Assembly (NCBI GenBank): GCA_965214605.1
Contig: OZ243961.1
Location: 3,552,001 to 3,616,000 of the forward strand
DNA length: 64,000 bases
Source of the DNA: an uncultured Candidatus Binatia bacterium
Lineage (GTDB): Bacteria; Desulfobacterota; Binatia; Bin18
Direction: 5' to 3'
Shown: piece after piece, positions 47,059-56,369 of the stretch
How the letters are laid out: each line of letters begins with the position of its first letter
How positions within the stretch are numbered: position 1 is the first letter of the stretch
Notes under the pieces: model-generated
The model's database searches: none
The model's input: only the letters and a program-made list of their open reading frames with translations
What the model was told of the DNA's origin: nothing
Translations under genes and position numbers: made by a program

Positions 47059-49179
47059 CTAGAAGGCGGGGGTGAATTCCAGTTTCCGCCATTTATTAAA
47101 ATAGAAGCGGATGCTGCCGCTCTTGGTCGGGTAAATTTTTTCGTAGCGTTCATCGCCGTCGGCCTCTCTTTCGACCAAGACAATTTTTTTGTCTAAGACC
47201 ATTGTTGACCGTGCAACGTACAGAAAGGTGTAGGGCTGGTCTTCGGCGATCAACTGGTGCAGGCGGTGGGCTAAGGCGCGTTGTCGGGCGGGGTCATACT
47301 CTTGGCGAATACGGACGATTAGCTCATCGGCGTGGGGATTGTTATACCCGACAAAGTTGAGCTGATGAGGGCCCGTCTGGCTCGAGTGAAAAAGGTCGTA
47401 CAGGTCGGGATCTATGCTCATGCTCCAGCCCAAAACAACAGCATCAAACGAGCCCGTATTGACAAAATCTTTCAGGAAGACCGTCCACTCAAAGACCTGG
47501 GTATGACATTGCACCCCAATCCTTTTCCAGGCGTCCTGGGCAATTGTCATGATATTCGAACGGACGAGATTTCCATTGTTCGTGATCAGCGTGAACTCAA
47601 AGAGTTGCCCGTCTTTCTCAAGCCAGCCTTCGTCGTTGCGTCGCCAGCCGACTTCTTCGAGCAAACGTTGGGCACCGTCCGGGTCATACTGGAGGGGGGG
47701 GATGGTCGGGTCATACCACTGGGTTTGGCGTGGGTAGGGACCGGTGATCTGTTCACCTTCTCCGTATAAGAGGTAGGTGATGATCTCATCAACATTAATA
47801 GCCATGCCAAGCGCCTGCCGGACACGTTTATCCGCAAACAGAGGGCGGCGATTGTTATACGCGATGTATGAATACCCGAGTCCCAGGCTGGAAAAAGACT
47901 GATACGCATCCTCCTGTTTATAGCGAGCAACTTGATGCGGCCGCACTCCGTAGGAGTCAATCGCCCCACTTTTAAACTCAATCTCTTGAGTCAAGAGTTC
48001 GGGAAGGATGCGAAAATAATAGTTTTCATATTCAGGGATCCGATCCCAGTAGTCGGTGTTATGCTTGAGGTGAATAAATTCGTCACCCTGCCACTCAACA
48101 AAGCGAAATGGACCAGTCCCGATTGGAGAACGGTTGAACTGACTGTCACGCATGCCAAATTTTTCCCGCGCCGTGTCCGACAACTGCCGGGTCTCCATTT
48201 CTGTTTCAAGCGCCTGGGCGTTGAGTAAATGTTCGGGCAAAATACCCGTGGTCCAGGCGTTAATAGCCGGCGAATAGAGGCGTTTGTAGGTGATCTGGAC
48301 GGTGTGGGGATTAAGAATCTCAACGTGTTTAATCGGCTCGTAGGACGAGGTCCGGGGCGAGATATTGCGCGGATTCATAAGGGCTTCATAGGTGAATTTG
48401 ACGTCACCGGCGTCGAACGGATGGCCGTCGTGAAAGCGAACGTCCTGGCGCAAATGAAGCTCAATAACCGGGTTATGCTCTGCCACAGGTAATAAGTCTG
48501 GAAAGTGTGCCTGTACGCTCTCAGTCAAAGCGGACTGTGGCACAGTGATGTGGTCGTGGTAGGGAAAGTTTTGGAAATACGCTTCACCCAAGAGTGGGGT
48601 GAGCGGCTGAAAGAAATCTTGTTCGACCTGCTGTAAGGCGAACTCAATGCGCTCAGGAACGCGAATGCTGAGGTCAATGGGTTCTTTCGCTTGTCCCTGC
48701 TCGTCCGGTGTAGCAATTATGAGTGTTTCGGTTTTTTCCTCGGTAGGCAGCAGCCGCATTGAAAGGAGGAGGCCGTCGAATTCGGGGAGGTGGCCATCCG
48801 CCTGAGCACGAGACAGGACCTCAAGCAGCCGCGCTCCGGTCGCGCGGCTCCCATCAGGCAAGATGAACTGTGGGCGGGCGAGCAGATAGGCTTTCTCCGT
48901 AATGGACCACTCTGTGGCCAGCCGACCCCGCAGGTTGAGGTTCTCGTCCATATCGAGCAGTCCGTCGAATAGGAGGTCGGTAATGTGACCGCTTGCCCCA
49001 TCTGAGTGGAGGATAGGATTAAGCAGTCTGGCGTCGGCAATAGAGGCCGTAATATGGGTGCGGAGGCGGGCAGGATTGCCAACAGACTGCTTTTCATAGC
49101 TCGGAACCCAGAAGTATGACTGCAACAAAAGCGCAATCAAGGCAAGGGGAGTGAGAATGAGAAGCTGTTTTGCACGCAT
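47059..49179 (-). CDS. Peptide ABC transporter substrate-binding protein (family 5, AppA/OppA-like) with a large insertion
   Basis: LNPIL..D, LFDGL, LRQDVRFHDG, DVKFTY, PIGTGPF, VRQALGMAI; 706 aa; N-terminal TM without a lipobox. Confidence 0.93.
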   Translation of the reverse strand: MRAKQLLILTPLALIALLLQSYFWVPSYEKQSVGNPARLRTHITASIADARLLNPILHSDGASGHITDLLFDGLLDMDENLNLRGRLATEWSITEKAYLLARPQFILPDGSRATGARLLEVLSRAQADGHLPEFDGLLLSMRLLPTEEKTETLIIATPDEQGQAKEPIDLSIRVPERIEFALQQVEQDFFQPLTPLLGEAYFQNFPYHDHITVPQSALTESVQAHFPDLLPVAEHNPVIELHLRQDVRFHDGHPFDAGDVKFTYEALMNPRNISPRTSSYEPIKHVEILNPHTVQITYKRLYSPAINAWTTGILPEHLLNAQALETEMETRQLSDTAREKFGMRDSQFNRSPIGTGPFRFVEWQGDEFIHLKHNTDYWDRIPEYENYYFRILPELLTQEIEFKSGAIDSYGVRPHQVARYKQEDAYQSFSSLGLGYSYIAYNNRRPLFADKRVRQALGMAINVDEIITYLLYGEGEQITGPYPRQTQWYDPTIPPLQYDPDGAQRLLEEVGWRRNDEGWLEKDGQLFEFTLITNNGNLVRSNIMTIAQDAWKRIGVQCHTQVFEWTVFLKDFVNTGSFDAVVLGWSMSIDPDLYDLFHSSQTGPHQLNFVGYNNPHADELIVRIRQEYDPARQRALAHRLHQLIAEDQPYTFLYVARSTMVLDKKIVLVEREADGDERYEKIYPTKSGSIRFYFNKWRKLEFTPAF

Positions 49180-49212
49180 ATTCCACCTGAAGCCTTACTC
49201 AAACTTCTGAGA

Positions 49213-49292
49213 TTTGTCAATTAGACATAGCCGAACCCGGTGATTGCCCCGGATCGCCCGCCCTGGTTTGTCAATTAGACGTAGCCGAACCC
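49213..49292. repeat. Two 26-bp direct repeats (1 mismatch) 28 bp apart in the divergent oppA/trxB intergenic region
   Basis: TTTGTCAATTAGACATAGCCGAACCC (49213-49238) and TTTGTCAATTAGACGTAGCCGAACCC (49267-49292). Confidence 0.9.
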
Positions 49293-49392
49293 CTCTCCCG
49301 TCTTTTGAGAAGGGTGGGTCGAAAGACGCATGGCTGACGACCCAAAATCTGTGTATAGTGGAAAACCCTTTCTCTATAAATGGAGCATCGCT

Positions 49393-50325
49393 ATGGCTGA
49401 GACCTATGACATTATTATTATTGGTGGCGGGGCGGCCGGCTTTAGCGCCGGCATGTACGCGGCTCGAGACGGCTGCCGAACCGTCCTCCTAGAGCGCTTC
49501 TCGGCTGGCGGCCAGGTCCTCAACTGCGAGCGGATTGAAAACTACCCTGGCTTTCCTGACGGGGTGGCCGGCTATGCTCTGGGGCCGCTGTTGCAGCAGC
49601 AGGCGATGAGTTTTGGCCTGGAAATGAAACTGACCGAGGTGGCGTCTATTCGTCTGGAGGGCGATGACAGAATAGTGGCCACAGACGCTGGCGAGCTGCG
49701 GGCTCGGGCGCTGATTGTGGCTAGCGGTTCGCACTTCGCCCCTCTGGGCATTCCGGGTGAGGAAGACTTTGCCGGCAGGGGTGTGTCGCACTGCGCGGCG
49801 TGCGACGGCGCCTTTTTTATCGATAAGCCGGTCGTAGTTGTCGGTGGTGGCGATGCCGCGGTGGACGAGGGGGTGCACCTCACCGAGTACGCCTCCGAGA
49901 TAACGCTAGTCCACCGCCGGGATACGCTACGGGCCTGTCGCGCCCTCCAAGACCGTGCCCGGCAGGCCGACAAACTCACGTTTCGGTGGAACACCGCGCT
50001 CAGGGCGATTGAGGGCCGGGAGGGCGTTGAGCGGGTATGGCTCGAAGATCTCCAAACCGGCCAGACCTCTCAGCTCGAGGTCGCCGGCGTCTTCATCTAC
50101 GTCGGCCTGACGCCCAATACCAGCTTTCTCAATGGACTCGTAGCCTTGAACGCCCAGGGCCAGATTGTGACCGACCTCCAGATGCGAAGCGCAGTGCCCG
50201 GTATTTTGGCCGCCGGCGATGTGCGTGGCGAGTCATCTCGTCAGCTGGTCTCAGCGGCTGGCGATGGAGCAACCGCGGCACTGGCCGCGGCGCGCTATAT
50301 ACGGACCGGAGAGTGGGTCGAATAA
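49393..50325 (+). CDS. trxB: Thioredoxin-disulfide reductase
   Basis: GGGAAG, IENYPGF, GRGVSHCAACDG, GGGDAA, HRRD, AAGDV. Confidence 0.93.
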   Translation: MAETYDIIIIGGGAAGFSAGMYAARDGCRTVLLERFSAGGQVLNCERIENYPGFPDGVAGYALGPLLQQQAMSFGLEMKLTEVASIRLEGDDRIVATDAGELRARALIVASGSHFAPLGIPGEEDFAGRGVSHCAACDGAFFIDKPVVVVGGGDAAVDEGVHLTEYASEITLVHRRDTLRACRALQDRARQADKLTFRWNTALRAIEGREGVERVWLEDLQTGQTSQLEVAGVFIYVGLTPNTSFLNGLVALNAQGQIVTDLQMRSAVPGILAAGDVRGESSRQLVSAAGDGATAALAAARYIRTGEWVE

Positions 50326-50334
50326 GTCGGCGTC

Positions 50335-50610
50335 CACAAGCTACGAACATATCCTGGACGCCCGCGCCGGCGCGGGTGTTGATTATCTGCCCGAGCGTCT
50401 ACCGGCCACAGAGGTTTCCCGTGCGGTTTCGGTGTATTTCAGCATCTACGAGGCCCTGTCAAACGAATTGGACGGCGTCAAAGATGCGCGTTTTCTGTGC
50501 GGTGACCCGGCCTCGGTCAGCGAACTGGACCTCCTAGCGCAACAGTCCCCAAGGGGTACTCCCTGACTAGAGGTCGGCTGTTGCCATACCTGGCAGCAGA
50601 AACACCTCAT
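50335..50610 (+). pseudogene. Decayed 5' fragment of a PLD-domain/SNF2-type helicase gene
   Basis: ILDARAGAGVDYL..VSVYFSIYEALSNELD..RFLCGDPASVSELD, then KGYSLT and QQKHL in shifted frames. Resembles recalled N-termini of the form VSAYFTIY..RFLFGDP. No proper start codon. Confidence 0.55.
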
Positions 50611-50820
50611 CCCTTGACATTCACTGGCCTGACCGGCTCCCGATAGCCGTGTGCCTCGGCCCTGCACCGCTGCGTATATGGCTCTGGGGGGCTCCCAGGT
50701 GGCGATCTCTACAAGTGATCCCATCTGATCCGACCTGGGTTTGCGGTCAGCTCAAAGGTCTGACAGTCCGGTCGGACTGAGGGGCAGCGGGGATGCAAGA
50801 GCAGGGCCCCGACAGGGGAG

Positions 50821-51276
50821 TTACTCTTCATCCTGTTCCTTCTGCCAGTAGGGCTCATTATCCAGCGGAGGGCAGGTCTCGGCCAGCTGGAACAGTACGC
50901 CACAGGCGCTTTTGGGCGAAATAAAAGCCTCGATAAAATCGGGCTCCTCCAGGTGTTTATCCACCATCCGCAGCCCTTTTTCTTCTAAGCTGGCCACCTT
51001 CTTTTTCAGACCCGGGGTTTGCATGGTGAGGTGATGCACGCCTTCGCCCCTTTTTTCTAAATATTTGGTCAAAAAACTGTCGTCAGTGGCTGGCTCAATC
51101 AGCTCAATGGTGAACTCGTGTAAGTCAAATACCGCAAAACGGAAACTGCCGTCGCGGGACGTCTTTAGAAAGCGAAACCGTGCGCCTAGCGCCTCTTCAA
51201 AGAAGATTCGTGCCTGATTAATACTATGGACGGCGATACCAATATGATCCAAACGGCCAATTTGTTCGGCTGCCAT
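50821..51276 (-). CDS. VOC-family protein, methylmalonyl-CoA epimerase-like
   Basis: LDHIGIAV, IELIEP, YLEKRGEGVHHL, AFISPK..GVLFQL; AAAGGAG RBS. Confidence 0.85.
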   Translation of the reverse strand: MAAEQIGRLDHIGIAVHSINQARIFFEEALGARFRFLKTSRDGSFRFAVFDLHEFTIELIEPATDDSFLTKYLEKRGEGVHHLTMQTPGLKKKVASLEEKGLRMVDKHLEEPDFIEAFISPKSACGVLFQLAETCPPLDNEPYWQKEQDEE

Positions 51277-51368
51277 ACCCAGTACTCCTTTCAGTCGAGG
51301 ATTTAGCCTGTCAGGCTTGGGCGGGCAAGCCGCGTGGTTATCCGTTCCGTATTTTACTGCCTCCCCCT

Positions 51369-51398
51369 TTGACTCCCCCTTGGCAACACGCCCATAAT
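51369..51398 (+). promoter_or_regulatory. Putative sigma70 promoter for menA
   Basis: TTGACT-18 nt-CATAAT, about 20 nt before the ATG. Confidence 0.5.
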
Positions 51399-51418
51399 GT
51401 GCTTGGGAGGAGACCGTT

Positions 51419-52345
51419 ATGCACCAGGAGCAAACCGTTTCCGTCGGTCCCGAGCCGGGTTCTGTGCAGAGCTGGATTGAAGCCAGCCGTCCCTTCTCAT
51501 TTACCGCCTCAATGACCCCGGTTCTCATTGGCTCGGTACTCGGCGCGCTTGACGGCGCGTTTTGGTGGGGGCGCTTTTTCTTGGCCCTGTTTGGCTCGCT
51601 GTTTATTCATATTGGAACCAATATGGTTAACGACTATTACGACCACAAAAGCGGAGTTGATACGCTGGAGTCCAAGAGCGGCAGCCAGGTGATTCAGCGC
51701 CGCCTCCTTCCGGCTGAGCGGCTGTATTGGGGCGGGATTGTGAGCTTTGCTGTGGGGAGCCTGTTTGGCCTCGTTTTAGTCGCTCTGTGCGGCTGGCCGA
51801 TCTTAGCGCTAGGATTGCTGAGTGTGCTGGCCGGGTATTTTTATACCGCCAAGCCGTTCTCCCTGGCCTATATCACGCTGGGCGAGGCGACCGTCTTTAT
51901 TTTCATGGGGCCGGTTATCATTATTGGCGCCTACTATGTGCAGCGTGAGACCCTTGCTCCAGCGCCGCTGCTCATGTCGCTGCCGGTTGGCTGTTTGGTG
52001 GCGGCGATTCTCCAGGCCAATAATATCCGTGATATTGAAGCTGACCGGGAGCACGGCAAAAACACCCTGGCTACTGTCATCGGACGTCGGGCGGCCAACT
52101 GGGAGATGGCCGCCCTCGTGTACGGCGCTTTCGTGCTGACCGTGGGGTTAGTCGCGTTCGGCTATGCGCCGTGGCCGGTATTGCTGACCCTGCTTGCGGT
52201 AGGCTTAGCCGTTCCGGTCGTGCGGACGATCTTTCAGACCGAGGAACTCAAGGATCAGGAGATTGACGCCCAGTCTGCCCAGCTCCACCTGGCCTACGGA
52301 GTCTTGCTGATCCTCGGTCTGCTGGCGAGTCGCTTTCTGCTCTAA
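51419..52345 (+). CDS. menA: 1,4-dihydroxy-2-naphthoate prenyltransferase (UbiA family)
   Basis: RPFSFTAS, NMVNDYYDHKSGVD, YTAKP, LGE, NNIRDIEAD..GKNTLA. Confidence 0.92.
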   Translation: MHQEQTVSVGPEPGSVQSWIEASRPFSFTASMTPVLIGSVLGALDGAFWWGRFFLALFGSLFIHIGTNMVNDYYDHKSGVDTLESKSGSQVIQRRLLPAERLYWGGIVSFAVGSLFGLVLVALCGWPILALGLLSVLAGYFYTAKPFSLAYITLGEATVFIFMGPVIIIGAYYVQRETLAPAPLLMSLPVGCLVAAILQANNIRDIEADREHGKNTLATVIGRRAANWEMAALVYGAFVLTVGLVAFGYAPWPVLLTLLAVGLAVPVVRTIFQTEELKDQEIDAQSAQLHLAYGVLLILGLLASRFLL

Positions 52346-52389
52346 GCCCTGCTCAAATTCAGCCTCAACCTTAGCCGGAACACCCCGAG

Positions 52390-52418
52390 TTGACAGCTCT
52401 AGGGCTTGGTCTTACGGT
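52390..52418 (+). promoter_or_regulatory. Putative sigma70 promoter for htpX
   Basis: TTGACA-17 nt-TACGGT. Confidence 0.6.
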
Positions 52419-52451
52419 ATTGGTAAGATTTTGCTACGGAGGTGCTGATCG

Positions 52452-53291
52452 ATGCTACGCACGACATTATTGCTGGGCACTATGACCGGACTGATCCTGC
52501 TGTTTGGTCAGTACATGGGAGGCCAGGGGGGTCTTGTGATTGCCTTCATCTTTGCGGTGGTCATGAACTTCGGCAGTTATTGGTTTTCAGACAAGATTGT
52601 ACTGCGCATGTACGGGGCACAGGAGGTCAATGAGGCCCAGAATCCACAGCTGTACCGGATCGTTCACAATTTGACTATACAGGCCGGGCTGCCAATGCCT
52701 AAGCTGTACGTGATTCCGTCTGAGGGGGCGAACGCCTTCGCGACCGGCCGCAACCCAAGCCACGCCGCGGTGGCCGTGACCCAAGGGATCCTACGGCTGA
52801 TGGATGAGCGCGAGCTGACCGGGGTGTTGGCCCACGAGCTAGCTCACGTTAAAAACCGCGATATTCTGATCAGTTCGGTTGCTGCGACCCTGGCTGGGGT
52901 CATCATGATGCTGGCCAATATGGCCCAGTGGGCGGCTATTTTCGGTCTGGGTCGGAGTGATGACGACGAGGACGGCGGGGGCATAATTGGGATGCTGGTC
53001 ATGGCCTTTCTGGCTCCGCTGGCAGCCACGATCATTCAGATGGCGATTTCACGGACGCGTGAGTTTGCGGCTGATAGGACCGGAGCGGCGATGAGCGGTG
53101 ATCCGCTCGGTCTGGCTTCGGCTCTCTCAAAGCTCGGGCTCGCTTCAGAACGCGTTCCAATGGATGCCTCGCCGCAGACGGCGCATTTCTTCATTGTGAA
53201 CCCACTGAGCGGTCAGTCGTTCGTCCGTTTCTTCAGCACCCACCCGCCGCTGGAAGAGCGGATTGGGCGCCTGCGGGCGATGGTCAGGTAG
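52452..53291 (+). CDS. htpX: Zinc metalloprotease HtpX (M48)
   Basis: [29 protein letters not shown]. Confidence 0.96.
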   Translation: MLRTTLLLGTMTGLILLFGQYMGGQGGLVIAFIFAVVMNFGSYWFSDKIVLRMYGAQEVNEAQNPQLYRIVHNLTIQAGLPMPKLYVIPSEGANAFATGRNPSHAAVAVTQGILRLMDERELTGVLAHELAHVKNRDILISSVAATLAGVIMMLANMAQWAAIFGLGRSDDDEDGGGIIGMLVMAFLAPLAATIIQMAISRTREFAADRTGAAMSGDPLGLASALSKLGLASERVPMDASPQTAHFFIVNPLSGQSFVRFFSTHPPLEERIGRLRAMVR

Positions 53292-53332
53292 GGGTTTCGC
53301 CATAGAGACACACAATGAGCGGACCAATTGGT

Positions 53333-53368
53333 GAGGAGAGGGCAGCCCGGCCGGGCTGCCCTCTCCTC
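53333..53368. terminator. Perfect 36-bp palindrome between convergent htpX and cyclase genes; probable terminator
   Basis: GAGGAGAGGGCAGCCCGG|CCGGGCTGCCCTCTCCTC. Confidence 0.7.
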
Positions 53369-53369
53369 C

Positions 53370-54308
53370 TTATTTAATCGCCAGGGGGTTGAGCGGGCTG
53401 CCGACCGCATTGGGAATGTGCAGCGGTGGAGCGACCCACAGGAACTCATACACGCCGTCGGCCGCGCAGTCCTTGGCCAGTTCCTCAAAGGTAAAAATCT
53501 CTCCGAGTGTCAGGCCGAGGTCCCGAATGGCGACCTGATGGAAGGGAATGAACTCGCCGTCTACCTCTGAAGGCAGGCGCTCGACCGCAATATTGTCGAC
53601 CGCAATACACGAAATCTCTTTGTGGTGGATCCACTCCGCCGTGGCCACCGACATCCCCGGCTGGGCGTGAAAATAGGCGTCTTTGTCCTCCGCAGTCTCA
53701 AGGGTATACCAGTACGGAACCCAGCCAGTCCGGACGCACAAGGCGTCACCGCTTTTGACCTCAACCCCTTGGGTCTGACAGCAGCCGTCCAGGTCTTCGA
53801 GGGTAATTGGATAGTCCTTGGGCAGGTGGCCGTCCTGTTCACAGCCTTTGTAGCGAACCATGTCCAGCAGCACGCCGCGGGTGACAAACGACTGGTACAG
53901 CTTACCGATATCATTTCTGGCCGCCCCGCCGTGGGCGGTGACGGTGCTTTTGTCGGCGTCGTTATAGAATTTGCCGTCATAGCCGACGTGGGCCAGACTA
54001 TCCCACTGAGTTGAGCCCTGAAGATACATGGTGATGTAGTCGTCGTTGGCAATCGCCGAGCCGGCCAGCCCGACTTCGTTAAGAGGAACGTTCAGGATCG
54101 ACATAAAGCGCTGTGGCGGGGTGCGGGTCGGAAAGACTGGCCCATTTTGATCGATGGGAATACAGCAGCAAAAGACCGTCCCTTTTTTGACCAGACGGGC
54201 GGCGGCGACAATGACTTCTGGGGTGATGAAATTGGCAGTGCCTCTTTCGTCGTCTTTGCCCCAGCGTCCCCAGTTGCTCACCTTTGGAATGGCTTCACGT
54301 CCTGGCAT
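53370..54308 (-). CDS. Cyclase-family (kynurenine formamidase-like) metal hydrolase
   Basis: NWGRWGKDDERGTANF, QGSTQWDSLAH, RGVLLD, GDALCVRTG, GSPLNPLAI. Confidence 0.92.
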   Translation of the reverse strand: MPGREAIPKVSNWGRWGKDDERGTANFITPEVIVAAARLVKKGTVFCCCIPIDQNGPVFPTRTPPQRFMSILNVPLNEVGLAGSAIANDDYITMYLQGSTQWDSLAHVGYDGKFYNDADKSTVTAHGGAARNDIGKLYQSFVTRGVLLDMVRYKGCEQDGHLPKDYPITLEDLDGCCQTQGVEVKSGDALCVRTGWVPYWYTLETAEDKDAYFHAQPGMSVATAEWIHHKEISCIAVDNIAVERLPSEVDGEFIPFHQVAIRDLGLTLGEIFTFEELAKDCAADGVYEFLWVAPPLHIPNAVGSPLNPLAIK

Positions 54309-54392
54309 GGCATCCTCCTTAGTGCGAACCGAAAATATGGCCGTTGTTATAGCCAGCTTGGGGCGGAAGCGCAAAGCGCGGGGAGATAATCT

Positions 54393-55097
54393 CTATAAAC
54401 GGTCAAGCAGGGTCGAGAGCTGGGTGAGCTGGGTAACAGACAGGCAGGATTGCGATCCGGACGACTGGCGGTCAATCAGGACTGGCTGGAGGCCCGCCGT
54501 CTCGGCTCCCAGGACATCCATCTCATAGCTGTCCCCGACGTGCATGGCGTGTGCAGGGGGCAGCCTGTGGTGGGCCAGGGCTCGGCTGAAGATTGCGGTG
54601 TCTGGTTTGGCCGCTCCGGCCTGGGTCGAAATGATAATCGGCTCAAAAAACTGGGCAATTCCCAGCCCGTCGAGCAGTCCAAACAGACGAGAGTCAAAAT
54701 TTGAGATCACTCCCAGCCGTAAACCTCGGGCGTGGAGGGCCGTCAGCGCCGGGTGGGTGTCTGGGTAGAGCCGCCAGGCCTGGGGCTGGGCAAAAAAACC
54801 GTACAACTCCTCAAAATAGTCGTCAAAAGCGGGGAACGATCCGAGTGAGGAAAAGACCCGGTGAACCACATCCCGCCACCACTTTTTTTCCAGCACCGGA
54901 ATATCGTTGGCGGTGGCTTCAGGAAAAGCCATGGCCGGGGCAACGGTAAAAGCGCGACGAAAGCCGGCTTCGACAGCGGCCCCGTCTACCGCTTTGCCGT
55001 GCTGTTGGGCCAGGCGCGCGTAGATGCCGCCGACAGAGCCGTTGACGGCAATCAGGGTGCTGGCGGCGTCAAAGAAGACCGCTTTGATCCGAGCCAT
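54393..55097 (-). CDS. HAD-superfamily hydrolase, subfamily IA (REG-2-like)
   Basis: FFDAASTL, SNFDSRL, KPDTAIF, HVGDS..D. Confidence 0.9.
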   Translation of the reverse strand: MARIKAVFFDAASTLIAVNGSVGGIYARLAQQHGKAVDGAAVEAGFRRAFTVAPAMAFPEATANDIPVLEKKWWRDVVHRVFSSLGSFPAFDDYFEELYGFFAQPQAWRLYPDTHPALTALHARGLRLGVISNFDSRLFGLLDGLGIAQFFEPIIISTQAGAAKPDTAIFSRALAHHRLPPAHAMHVGDSYEMDVLGAETAGLQPVLIDRQSSGSQSCLSVTQLTQLSTLLDRL

Positions 55098-55099
55098 GG

Positions 55100-56317
55100 C
55101 TACAGCCGCTTCAGGTGTTCGTCTAGGGCGGCTAGCAGAGCCTCAAGATCGGCCCGCTCGGTATAGTAGTGAATCGAGATACGCAGACCGCCGACCCCCG
55201 AACAGTAGCGGACGGTCGGATAGATTCGCTGATCTTGGAGGGCCCGGTCGAGCTGATGGACGCGTTCGGCCTGAGGAAAAGGTTCACAGGTCACAATGCC
55301 GGACCGCAGCCGCGCCTCCCGTGGCGTCCAGACCGGAATACCCCGCTGGGTCAACTCCTCAATCAAAAAATCGCTCAGCCCGAAGATGTGCTCAGTAAGC
55401 TCGTCTCGGTCGAGTCGATTCACATAGGCCAGCGATGCGGCTAGCCCGGCCGTACCTAGCATCTTGGGCATACCGTGAATTTCAAACCGGCGGGCGTCCG
55501 ACGCCAAGGGCAGAGACACAAACGGTGTCAGGCTCGGGTCTCCGAGATATTTGATCCAGCCGCCGGGCGGTTCATCATAGGCAAACAAACCGTGCGCCAG
55601 GCCGGGCTGAAGCTGGTCGTGGATCCGCTCCGAGATGTACAGGAGGCCGGTGCCAAACGGTGCGTTCAGCCACTTCTGACCGCCGGCTGCCAAGAAATCG
55701 ATCCGCAGCCCGGACAGGTCAAGGGGAAGAGCTCCAAGCTGCTGAATGGCATCAACAACCAGGAAACAGCCGCGCTCTTCGGCCAGCTGAGAAAAGGCGG
55801 CCAAATCCATCCGCAGGCCATTAATCCACTGAACCGAGCTGACCAGAATGAGCCGGGTACGCGTGTCGACTAGGGCCGCATAGTCATCGATACTGACAAG
55901 GCCCTTGGTATGGCGGGCAACGCGGACCTCGACCTGGCTGCGCCGCTGCGGGTGGGCCGCGCTAATCGCGACCTGTGGATACTCCAGGTCGCACAGCACG
56001 ATGTTCTCGCCCGGCTTGAAGGGCAGGGCGGCCAGGGCGATATTCAGCCCCATGGTCGTGTCATCGATCAACGCGATTTCTTGAGGACTCGCGCAGAGCA
56101 GCCGGGCGGCCTCGTTTTTCGCGTTGACGGCCGACTCGCCAAGAGCCCGGTAGTACTTACCATAGCCCAGCTGGGCCGGTCCCTGGCCCAGTAGCCCACT
56201 GACGTGTTGGACGGCGTCTAGGGCTGAGTGGGGAGGAAGACCGACGCCCGCAGTATTCAGGTAGACCTGCTGCGAGGTCCCCGGAAAATCCGCCTTAATC
56301 GCGTTAACATCAAGCAT
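55100..56317 (-). CDS. Class V PLP-dependent aminotransferase-fold enzyme
   Basis: YLNTAG, TTMGLN, VDAIQQLG, PLP lysine in GGQKWL, LRISIHYY; AAAGGAG RBS. Confidence 0.9.
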   Translation of the reverse strand: MLDVNAIKADFPGTSQQVYLNTAGVGLPPHSALDAVQHVSGLLGQGPAQLGYGKYYRALGESAVNAKNEAARLLCASPQEIALIDDTTMGLNIALAALPFKPGENIVLCDLEYPQVAISAAHPQRRSQVEVRVARHTKGLVSIDDYAALVDTRTRLILVSSVQWINGLRMDLAAFSQLAEERGCFLVVDAIQQLGALPLDLSGLRIDFLAAGGQKWLNAPFGTGLLYISERIHDQLQPGLAHGLFAYDEPPGGWIKYLGDPSLTPFVSLPLASDARRFEIHGMPKMLGTAGLAASLAYVNRLDRDELTEHIFGLSDFLIEELTQRGIPVWTPREARLRSGIVTCEPFPQAERVHQLDRALQDQRIYPTVRYCSGVGGLRISIHYYTERADLEALLAALDEHLKRL

Positions 56318-56369
56318 GACGCTCCTTTGGACGGACGCCGCCTGGGCGGCAGAGGCCGTCCTACCGTGG

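Noticed and set aside
49213-49292. Mini CRISPR array (repeat-spacer-repeat)
   Set aside because: Only two repeats, no cas genes or AT-rich leader in the window, and the repeat contains a -35-like box; an operator or duplication explains it better.
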